Assembly (NCBI GenBank): GCA_043798915.1
Contig: JAZDOG010000020.1
Coordinates: 1-64,000, forward strand
Direction of reading: 5' to 3'
Source: Pseudomonadota bacterium
Lineage (GTDB): Bacteria; UBA10199; 2-02-FULL-44-16; JAAZCA01
DNA: 64,000 nucleotides
Shown: one piece after another, positions 9,007 to 16,397 of the stretch
Layout of the letters: each line of letters starts with the position of its first letter
How positions within the stretch are numbered: the stretch's first letter is position 1
Program-made: the position numbers and the translations under genes
Notes under the pieces: model-generated
Databases searched by the model: none
What the model was told of the DNA's origin: nothing
The model's input: the letters and a program-made list of their open reading frames with translations, nothing else

Positions 9007-9210
9007 TCAGCTAGTTGCAGCATACCAGACGGGTTCTACACACATACCTATCGCCGTAAACTTCTCGTAGGGCGTCCAGCAAGAGGAGCTTTCGTTCCAG
9101 TATTGACCCCCGTAAACTGGGTCGCTCATACAGTTGCATTCCAGCACTGCCTGCTCGGGGTTGAGCTCCACGCGGGTGACCACCGGCCTGAATTTCGGTT
9201 TCTTGGGCAT
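9007..9210 (-). CDS. putative RiPP precursor peptide (67 aa)
   Basis: Strong RBS aaagggggggagat-ATG; basic leader MPKKPKFRPVVTRVELNPEQAVL; core with 4 Cys, 3 Trp, 4 Tyr and C-terminal Ser; lies between the PqqD-family gene and the first rSAM gene. Confidence 0.85.
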   Translation of the reverse strand: MPKKPKFRPVVTRVELNPEQAVLECNCMSDPVYGGQYWNESSSCWTPYEKFTAIGMCVEPVWYAATS

Positions 9211-9245
9211 ATCTCCCCCCCCTTTTGCAGAACAACTATAATAAC

Positions 9246-9349
9246 TTCCCCTCCTTTGTAAGGAGGGGACAGGGGAGGTAGATCAGCATTGAAACAGCGG
9301 TCTACCCCACCCTGACCCTCCCCTTACAAAGGGGAGGGAAACGTCACTA
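9246..9349. repeat. REP-like quasi-palindromic element, copy 2 (inverted relative to copy 1)
   Basis: 102/104 identical to the reverse complement of 11-114; its end overlaps the PqqD-family stop codon. Confidence 0.9.
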
Positions 9350-9631
9350 AACCAGGACCGCCTTGATCTCCTTTAAGTCCTTCAGGAGTTTTTTCATCTC
9401 CCTCTCCACCTCTTTGGGCGCGGAGCCAAACTCCTTCATGACCTTCTTTCCGATCCCCCCGGCCGTCGTCTTTCCGTCGATCATCTCCCAGACCCGCGAG
9501 GCCGGTTTGTTGAGCGTGTAGATGCAATTGAGCTCTTCCGAGGTCTTGTAGATGGGCAGGAGGATTGTCTCATCGCCGATCACGCGCGAGACCACGTCCG
9601 GATTCCTGCGCAGTATGGCGCCTTCACGCAT
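9347..9631 (-). CDS. PqqD-family RiPP recognition element (RRE)
   Basis: 94 aa; VVSRVIGDETILLP...IYTLN..ASRVWEMIDGK...LLKDL pattern; AGGAGGGG RBS. Confidence 0.9.
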   Translation of the reverse strand: MREGAILRRNPDVVSRVIGDETILLPIYKTSEELNCIYTLNKPASRVWEMIDGKTTAGGIGKKVMKEFGSAPKEVEREMKKLLKDLKEIKAVLV

Positions 9632-9720
9632 ATCCCCTCCTGTTGGAATGCCTTCCCCTGAATCCCGTGTATCTGACACGCGCGTATTTTTCAATAGATT
9701 TTTTGCCGGAGAGGTCCCCC

Positions 9721-10122
9721 TTAAGATTTTATCCATTGGTTCAGTCTGACCGCACCCCATATCCCAAGGCGGATCAGGGGGGCGAATACAACGATGGACC
9801 TGTTCACAAACCGATGCGCCCGGCTTGTCAGATTCACGACCGTGCCGTTCTTGAGGATTCCGACCACCTTTCCCAGACAGCGGTCCGGCGAGACGCATTC
9901 AGCGGTCCCGGATGTGTCGCCGCGCGCATAGAGGCGGTAGCCGCTGCCCTCTTTCGCCCTTCGAACGAGCCGGTGACAGACGAACTTCTCGCCGGCGCGG
10001 TACAGGATGATGTCCCCCACTTTCAGATCACCGATGGGGGCCTCTCTTATTATCAGGCGCTCGCCCTGCTTGATGAACGGCCACATGCTGAATCCGGCCG
10101 TATCGAAGAATGAAACCTCCAT
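9721..10122 (-). CDS. S24/S26-family (signal-peptidase-like) peptidase, candidate leader peptidase
   Basis: GFSMWPF (catalytic Ser), GDIILY, CHRL and ARGD motifs; no N-terminal TM anchor; AGGAG RBS. Confidence 0.85.
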   Translation of the reverse strand: MEVSFFDTAGFSMWPFIKQGERLIIREAPIGDLKVGDIILYRAGEKFVCHRLVRRAKEGSGYRLYARGDTSGTAECVSPDRCLGKVVGILKNGTVVNLTSRAHRFVNRSIVVFAPLIRLGIWGAVRLNQWIKS

Positions 10123-10165
10123 GGAAAATCTCCTGTTTCGGTATTGAATGGTGGTGGGATATATG

Positions 10166-10195
10166 CCTGACATCATGGACGTGTCAACTTCAGGA
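10166..10195 (+). repeat. 30-bp imperfect direct repeat, left copy
   Basis: cctgacatcatggacgtgtcaacttcagga, 26/30 identical to 12734-12763. Confidence 0.75.
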
Positions 10196-10450
10196 CATAG
10201 TGTGTGGGCGCGCCGGTTTGAAAAACCAGGTATTAAATTGTACGCACTTATAGCACTTTTTCAATATAACTACAAATTAGTTGATATAACCTCAATATTT
10301 GCGCTGTTATCACAAGTGAATTTGTGCAATGGTCTTTGTTGTTCTGTAAGTCACCACGATCTGGTATCTGTGCCTATACGGGTTGAGTTGTCACTTCCAT
10401 TGAAAGAGTGCTGAGCTGTTACGAAAGACGAAGAAAGGGGGGAAGGGGCT

Positions 10451-11671
10451 ATGGGTTTAAAGATGATCGCCTATACTGAACCAGAGATGGAGAAAATGCT
10501 CTCTGATCTCGAGACCGATAACGCCGAGCGAAAAGAATCCTTTCGGGGTGATGCGCCGACCAAGGTGCGCGAAGCCGTCTGTGCGTTTGCCAATGATTTG
10601 CCAAACCACGGCAAGCCAGGCATCGTCTTCGTCGGCGCGCGAGACGACGGAAATCCATCAGGGCTTGCGGTGACCGATGAGCTTCTTCGCCAGCTCGCAG
10701 ACATCAAGACTGATGGCAACATTGTTCCTCCGCCGACGCTGACTGTTTCGAAACACGTTCTTCAAGGCAAGGAAATGGCGGTCATAACCGTTTGGCCCTC
10801 TGATTCCCCACCCGTGAGCTACAAGGGCCATATTTGCATTCGTATCGGCCCACGCCGTTGCATTGCCTCAGCGCAGGACGAGCGGCTTTTAAACGAAAAG
10901 AGACGGCACGGGGATCGTCCATTTGACGTTCGGGCAGTTCCGTCGTCTGCTCTGACAGATCTGGATCGACGGCGATTTGAGGAAGAGTACTTGCCTGCCG
11001 CCTTTGCATCCGATGTCCTTGCCGCAAACGAGCGCAGTTACGAGCAACGCCTTGCTGCGACCAAAATGGTGGTTGCGGCTGATGAGCCGACACCCACCGT
11101 GCTCGGTCTCCTGGTGCTGAGTGTGCGAACGCGCGATTTCATTCCAGGGGCGTATGTTCAATTTTTGCGGATTGCCGGTCGGGAGCTCGCCGACCCCGTT
11201 TCGGATGAACAAGTGATTGACGGCTCTGTGGTGGATGTGCTCCGACGCATAGATGAAAAACTAAGCTCACATAATCGCACCGCGGTAGACCTGACAGGGG
11301 GAAGTCTGGAACGGCGCTCTTCCCTTTATCCAATGCCCGCCCTCCAGCAGCTCGTGCGCAATGCAATCATGCACCGAAGCTACGAAGCGACAAATGCCCC
11401 CGTGCGTGTGACATGGTATGACGACCGCATTGAAATCATCAACCCGGGCGGTCCCTATGGAGCTGTTACTAAGGAGAACTTTGGCCAGCCCGGCGTCAGC
11501 GATTACCGCAATCCCAGCCTTGCAGAAGCGCTGCGTGTTCTTGGCTTCGTGCAAAGATTCGGCGTAGGCATTGCCACAGCGCGCAGGGAACTACAGGCAA
11601 ACGGGAATCCGTTGCCCGAGTTCGAAGTTACTGCGTCACACGTCGGTGTCACTCTGAGGTCTGCAACATGA
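10451..11671 (+). CDS. Schlafen/AlbA_2 domain plus HATPase-like (RecG-associated) protein
   Basis: ETDNAERKES, VCAFANDL, GIVFVGARDDG (AlbA_2); LVRNAIMHRSY, DDRIEIINPGG, YRNPSLA, QRFGVG (HATPase_c_4-like). Confidence 0.85.
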   Translation: MGLKMIAYTEPEMEKMLSDLETDNAERKESFRGDAPTKVREAVCAFANDLPNHGKPGIVFVGARDDGNPSGLAVTDELLRQLADIKTDGNIVPPPTLTVSKHVLQGKEMAVITVWPSDSPPVSYKGHICIRIGPRRCIASAQDERLLNEKRRHGDRPFDVRAVPSSALTDLDRRRFEEEYLPAAFASDVLAANERSYEQRLAATKMVVAADEPTPTVLGLLVLSVRTRDFIPGAYVQFLRIAGRELADPVSDEQVIDGSVVDVLRRIDEKLSSHNRTAVDLTGGSLERRSSLYPMPALQQLVRNAIMHRSYEATNAPVRVTWYDDRIEIINPGGPYGAVTKENFGQPGVSDYRNPSLAEALRVLGFVQRFGVGIATARRELQANGNPLPEFEVTASHVGVTLRSAT

Positions 11672-12654
11672 AAACCATCGCCTTTTTTAACAACAAGGGT
11701 GGTGTAGGAAAAACCTCGCTAGTCTACCACCTTGCCTGGATGTACGCTGATCTCGGCCTCAGTGTGATCGCGGCGGATCTTGACCCACAAGCCAATCTCA
11801 CTACCATGTTCCTGGACGAGGACGCCCTCGAAGCGCTCTGGCCGGAGGGAATGCCAGGACGGACTATTCTCGCCCCGCTGCTGCCGCTTTTGGAGGGAAG
11901 AGGTGGAATAGAGGAACCACATGTCGAGGACATCGCTGGCATAGGGCTCGTAGCCGGAGATCTTGCGCTTTCCGGATTCGAAGACGAACTGAGCCAACGA
12001 TGGCCATACTGCCTTGAAGGCGATGCCCGAGCCTTCCGAGTAATAGGTGCGTTCCATCAGGTAATTGCGCTAGCAGCACAACGTCGCGCGGCCGACGTCG
12101 TTCTAATCGACGTTGGTCCAAATCTCGGCGCGATCAACCGCGCAGCCTTGATTGCTGCCGATCATGTAGCAATTCCCCTCGCTCCGGATCTTTTTTCTCT
12201 CAAGGGACTTCAAAACCTTGGGCCCCGCTTGCGGGAGTGGCGTAAGGGATGGACAGAGCGCCTTAAAAAGTCTCCTGTTGGATTGGAGTTGCCTCAAGGG
12301 CACATGGCTCCGCTGGGCTATGTCGTAATGCAGCATGCAGTTCGTCTCGATAGACCTGTGAAGGCTTATGATAAGTGGATGGTGCGAATCCCAAACGTGT
12401 ACCGTGAGGCGGTTCTTGCGGAGGTAAAGACCCAGACAGATGTCGCTATCAACCGAGATCCTTACTGTTTGTCCACATTGAAACACTATAGAAGCCTTAT
12501 GCCTCTCGCCCAAGAAGCACACAAACCCATGTTTTCGCTAAAAGCCGCCGACGGAGCGATCGGCGCTCATGCAAAATCTGTCCAAGACTGCTATCGTGAT
12601 TTTCGTGAGCTTGCTATCGAAATTGCAAAACGGGCTGGAGTCACATTGCCGTAA
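11668..12654 (+). CDS. ParA/Soj-family ATPase
   Basis: FFNNKGGVGKTS deviant Walker A, DLDPQANL, LIDVGPNLG; ATGA-coupled to the AlbA gene; no parB nearby. Confidence 0.9.
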   Translation: MKTIAFFNNKGGVGKTSLVYHLAWMYADLGLSVIAADLDPQANLTTMFLDEDALEALWPEGMPGRTILAPLLPLLEGRGGIEEPHVEDIAGIGLVAGDLALSGFEDELSQRWPYCLEGDARAFRVIGAFHQVIALAAQRRAADVVLIDVGPNLGAINRAALIAADHVAIPLAPDLFSLKGLQNLGPRLREWRKGWTERLKKSPVGLELPQGHMAPLGYVVMQHAVRLDRPVKAYDKWMVRIPNVYREAVLAEVKTQTDVAINRDPYCLSTLKHYRSLMPLAQEAHKPMFSLKAADGAIGAHAKSVQDCYRDFRELAIEIAKRAGVTLP

Positions 12655-12685
12655 TGGGGGTTAGCTTACGAACGGGAACGGTTGT

Positions 12686-13780
12686 TTGGTGGATGGCTAT
12701 GCAGAAATAGGTTTTTACATTGATAATGAGATACCTGCCGTCATGGATCTGTCAACTTCAGGATGCGATTGGAACTCTGTCGTTGAACATGCCATCGAAA
12801 ACGGCACGGCGACGCTCCTGTTTTCCCAATTGGCCTCGAAAGGGTTTCATGGCATGCCGCCGGCGGTCGTAGACCGCTTGAGGAAAATTTACTTATCCAC
12901 GCTCATCAGCAACCGGAGGATGATGGCCGATGCGGCCCATGCCGTGCAGCTGCTCGAAAACGGCGGCGTCAAGACTGTGCTCATAAAGGGGATGGCGATG
13001 CTGGCGGACGTCTATGAGGACGCCGCGCTGCGCCGGACCTCGGACGCCGATATCCTCATCCATTTTGAAGACCTGGATAGAGCGAAGAAGATTCTCATGT
13101 CCGACGGCTTTGCCTGCGATCCCTTGGCCGACAAGTCGTCCTTTGCGAACGAGCTGGGTTTTGGAAGAAAAAACACAGTCTTCGTTGAGGTCAGATGGGA
13201 CATGTGTCATCACGACCGCTTCCGGTTCTGCAACCGCTTCAGCATGGGGGGCATCTTCACGGGCGCCGCCGCCGCCGATCTCAATGGCGCCGCCGTAAAG
13301 ATTCCCTCCCCGGAATATCAATTGCTCATCGCCGCCTTTCACCAATCGTTTGTCCACCATTTTGAAAAAAAGATGTGGCTGTATGATATCGTGGCGATCG
13401 CTGACCGCTACGGCAAGGACTTGAGCTGGGAGAGAGTCGTGCAGCTCTCAGAAACCTGCGGAATGCGGCGCGCCCTCGCGTACACGTTCCTTCGCGCGCG
13501 CCGGGAGTTCAATTTCAGCATGAAGCTTCCGCTGGAGATATCGCGCCTCCGGGTCCGCCTGCTGGATGCCTGCTCGCGCCGCCGTTACGGTTTTCTTGTG
13601 GAACTTCTCCTGCTGGACTGCCTGAAAGATCTCCTTCTCTATGCCGCGGGCGTCCTCTGGCCTTCCGACGGCTGGCTCAAACACCACTACCGGACTTCGT
13701 CGACCAGACCCTGGCGCTTTCTGCATCCCTTTCTGGTCGCAGCGGGCGCCATCAAAAAAATCCTCGGGATATGGAGTTGA
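12686..13780 (+). CDS. nucleotidyltransferase family protein (NTP_transf_5-like, as in lasso/RiPP loci)
   Basis: VLIKG..LADVY...LRRTSDADILI, VEVRW and WLYDI motifs; start uncertain (12686 or ATG 12743). Confidence 0.85.
   Translation: MVDGYAEIGFYIDNEIPAVMDLSTSGCDWNSVVEHAIENGTATLLFSQLASKGFHGMPPAVVDRLRKIYLSTLISNRRMMADAAHAVQLLENGGVKTVLIKGMAMLADVYEDAALRRTSDADILIHFEDLDRAKKILMSDGFACDPLADKSSFANELGFGRKNTVFVEVRWDMCHHDRFRFCNRFSMGGIFTGAAAADLNGAAVKIPSPEYQLLIAAFHQSFVHHFEKKMWLYDIVAIADRYGKDLSWERVVQLSETCGMRRALAYTFLRARREFNFSMKLPLEISRLRVRLLDACSRRRYGFLVELLLLDCLKDLLLYAAGVLWPSDGWLKHHYRTSSTRPWRFLHPFLVAAGAIKKILGIWS
12734..12763 (+). repeat. 30-bp imperfect direct repeat, right copy
   Basis: cctgccgtcatggatctgtcaacttcagga; spans the likely ATG (12743) of the nucleotidyltransferase gene. 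Confidence 0.75.
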
Positions 13781-13783
13781 TGC

Positions 13784-14404
13784 ATGCTATATCAAAGAAT
13801 ATTGAGAAACCTTGCGCAGCTGGCGCAGGGCAAAATCAAGGCGCGAAAAATCCCTTCGAAGATAACCAATTTTATTCTCAGCTATAGTGAATCGCTCAGG
13901 CAGATCAAGAGAAGCAGATTCGCTATCGACGGCGTGATATTCAGGCCCGTTGAACCAAATGACGGATCGCGCTACGCCGAGTTTTTGCGCAATTATTATT
14001 TTCAGGAAGACATGCCTTACACAGGCGAGGCGGTAGCGGTCCCACATTGCAATGCGGAATACTTTTATCACGTCGCCGTGTATCAAAACAAGATCGTAGG
14101 AGGGGTGGGGATGGGCAGAATCCCGTCTGACACCGTTGACCTTTGGCGTATGGGAGGGTTGTCTGTTTTGCGTGATTTGCGCGGATACGGGATTGGCGAA
14201 AGGTTGCTGAAAACAGCAATTTCTGCCGTCGGGGAGGGGGACGCCATCATATTTCTCAATGTGGATAAAAATAATATGCCGGCGGTGAAATTATATAAGA
14301 AAGCCGGGTTTCATATGGCCGGCGGGCGGGAAAAAACCGTGATAAAAGATATCGGATACGCGCCGGGGAAAATAAGCATGGTGTTGGGGCGCATCCTCAA
14401 TTGA
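13784..14404 (+). CDS. GNAT-family N-acetyltransferase
   Basis: LSV...LRGYGIGERLL motif A and NMPAVKLYKKAGF motif B. Confidence 0.9.
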   Translation: MLYQRILRNLAQLAQGKIKARKIPSKITNFILSYSESLRQIKRSRFAIDGVIFRPVEPNDGSRYAEFLRNYYFQEDMPYTGEAVAVPHCNAEYFYHVAVYQNKIVGGVGMGRIPSDTVDLWRMGGLSVLRDLRGYGIGERLLKTAISAVGEGDAIIFLNVDKNNMPAVKLYKKAGFHMAGGREKTVIKDIGYAPGKISMVLGRILN

Positions 14405-14458
14405 TATGCTGCCATTGACGAGGATGGCGTAGTGTTTTTTTATGAGTTTCATGGGAAT

Positions 14459-16084
14459 TCAGATTTTCCCGTTCATCTCATATACATCAAAATGCCCGAT
14501 CTCCTTCACCTTTAAGAAATTGTCGAAGATGTAGGATTTGAGCAGCGGAAAATCGTCAAGGCCGTCGTAATTATCAGGATCAATTCTATGGAGGACCACT
14601 ATCTCGACTTCATTTTTTTTGAGGTCATCCACGATCCAATTGTCCAGCCTGGCATCGTAGACCTCCGGATACGTCAACCTCTTTGCGAATTCGACCAGCG
14701 GCTGGGGAGAAGGCTTGCCCAGCGCGCCATAGAGCATGGCAAATAAATATGGAAAGGTAAAAAAATTCCTGTCCTTTTTCCGAAGATAGCTGGCCAGATT
14801 GTCAATATTCTCCGCTTTGTACGGATTGTCTTCGGTCGATGACTCAGCCCATTTCATGGGCTGCAGGTTGGGTTCCTTCAGCGCATTGAGGGACATGATG
14901 GGGGTAATCCACCCGCTTTTGAAAGCGTATCTGACGCCCCTGACCGCACAGACTATGAGCAGCATGGACACCAGCACGATTAAAATCTTTCTTGGAGGAA
15001 TCTTCAATTCACTGCGAAGCACTCCGGCGCTTTCGGGTATGGACAAATCAAAAAAATGGAACAGGAGGCCCGTCTCAAGTGAAGCGACGATGCCCACGAA
15101 GGAATACGATGTGGGGTAGACGGAGGTGTAAAAGAAGAAAAGCTGAAAGAGGAAGGCGCCTATGCACAGGACGGAAGATATGAATGGGAGTCTCCATGAG
15201 GATCTCACCTTTTTAAAATTGCAGAAATACAATGCAACCACGACGGCCGGAACTGCGATGGTCAGCAATGCATATGGCTTGTGCATCTTCAGGGATTCGT
15301 TGAAAAGGGTTCCAAATCTTCCCGCGCCCACGCCGAATGGAAGGAGGATGTAATAACGCAGAAAATTATTGAGATCCGATTTATATACAAGCCAGGACAA
15401 AAAAAGCGAAGCCGCCGCAGAAATGCCAAGGAGGAAAACGGCGATGCGTCCCCATGCGGGCCTCGCTTCGGAAATCGATGCTGCGATGATCAGCATAAGA
15501 AATAAAGGGATGGCAAAAAAACCCGTGTTCTGCTTCCCCAATAGTGTTGCGAATGCAAAGATTCCGCCTGTGAAGAGAAGCGCCATGTTGATGATGGACC
15601 GCCGTGATTTGCCGCAGAGCGCGGGGAGGATGAGCGCTATCGCTATGAATGAGAACGCCAGCGATATCTGCTCCGGCACCGGTATGCCGAAGGGCGCATT
15701 GAACCAGATTGCGGTGAGGAAACCCGCGATGTACGACAGATATTTCTGTGGAAAGAGGATTCTGACCGTCATCATGCTGCAGAGCGTCGCGACGACACTC
15801 ATAGATGCCGCACAGACAAGGAACGCCACATAGTTGACGCCCAGGAGCTTGAAAAAAAGCGCCACAAGCCAGAACAACGCCAGGCTATGCTGGGAGACGA
15901 AGTCCTTGAACAGGATCTGGCCTGAGAATACCCTGTAACCGCCATCGAACGTCAATGCCGGGCTCAGCGGCATGGCAACCTGGCCTCCTATATAGCTCAC
16001 GATGAACGCCGCTGATAGTATGAGCAGGATCACCGCAAGATCAAGCAGCTTGGAGCTCAGACGCGACGGATTGCTATTTGCCAT
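14459..16084 (-). CDS. polytopic membrane protein, possibly GT-C-type glycosyltransferase
   Basis: About 12 hydrophobic segments; GYRVFSGQILFKDF loop; KQNTG motif; soluble C-terminal domain. Start set at MANSN because the longer ORF begins inside the MITE. Confidence 0.65.
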   Translation of the reverse strand: MANSNPSRLSSKLLDLAVILLILSAAFIVSYIGGQVAMPLSPALTFDGGYRVFSGQILFKDFVSQHSLALFWLVALFFKLLGVNYVAFLVCAASMSVVATLCSMMTVRILFPQKYLSYIAGFLTAIWFNAPFGIPVPEQISLAFSFIAIALILPALCGKSRRSIINMALLFTGGIFAFATLLGKQNTGFFAIPLFLMLIIAASISEARPAWGRIAVFLLGISAAASLFLSWLVYKSDLNNFLRYYILLPFGVGAGRFGTLFNESLKMHKPYALLTIAVPAVVVALYFCNFKKVRSSWRLPFISSVLCIGAFLFQLFFFYTSVYPTSYSFVGIVASLETGLLFHFFDLSIPESAGVLRSELKIPPRKILIVLVSMLLIVCAVRGVRYAFKSGWITPIMSLNALKEPNLQPMKWAESSTEDNPYKAENIDNLASYLRKKDRNFFTFPYLFAMLYGALGKPSPQPLVEFAKRLTYPEVYDARLDNWIVDDLKKNEVEIVVLHRIDPDNYDGLDDFPLLKSYIFDNFLKVKEIGHFDVYEMNGKI

Positions 16085-16173
16085 GCCATGCCCTTTGATG
16101 CGGTATCTAAGCTCAATTGAACCGCCGTGCATGCAAACATATTCCGGCGGGCAGTGCAACGGGACTTTGATGG

Positions 16174-16353
16174 TTACTAAGGAGAGCACATTATACCTCG
16201 CATCTTGCGGCCGCCAATGGCCTGCGACTGCGTCAGATTTCGCAAAAAGTGCTCAACGTAGCTTTGGCTACGCCTCCGCGCTTTTTGCTCATCTTCCTTG
16301 TCTCGGCTCATTGTCGTTGCAATCTGCGAGGTATAATGTGCTCTCCTTAGTAA
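16174..16353. mobile_element. MITE-like element, 180 bp, with perfect 29-bp terminal inverted repeats
   Basis: ttactaaggagagcacattatacctcgca / tgcgaggtataatgtgctctccttagtaa; internal hairpin cgtagc-tttg-gctacg; no transposase; possible TA target duplication. Confidence 0.85.
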
Positions 16354-16397
16354 AGGGCTTGTAATGAACGCTGAAACTGGTAAAACTGGGTTCTCCG

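Noticed and set aside
9011..9235. Alternative 74-aa Cys-containing ORF overlapping the precursor
   Set aside because: No clear RBS and no leader-like pattern; the 9007-9210 frame has the strong RBS.
11668..12654. Plasmid or chromosome partition locus
   Set aside because: No parB, parS-like site or replication gene nearby.
14029..14039. ggcggtag ops/JUMPstart-like motif
   Set aside because: It lies inside the GNAT coding sequence, not in an operon leader; likely chance.
3115..14404. Lasso peptide cluster or PQQ biosynthesis operon
   Set aside because: No asparagine-synthetase-like cyclase or transglutaminase B2 in the window; no PqqB/PqqC, and the peptide lacks the PqqA signature.
16085..16189. 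N-terminal extension of the 14459 membrane protein and ORFs 16002-16364 and 16289-16591
   Set aside because: They start in or run through the MITE inverted repeats; the repeated TKESTLYLA peptide simply reflects the repeat.
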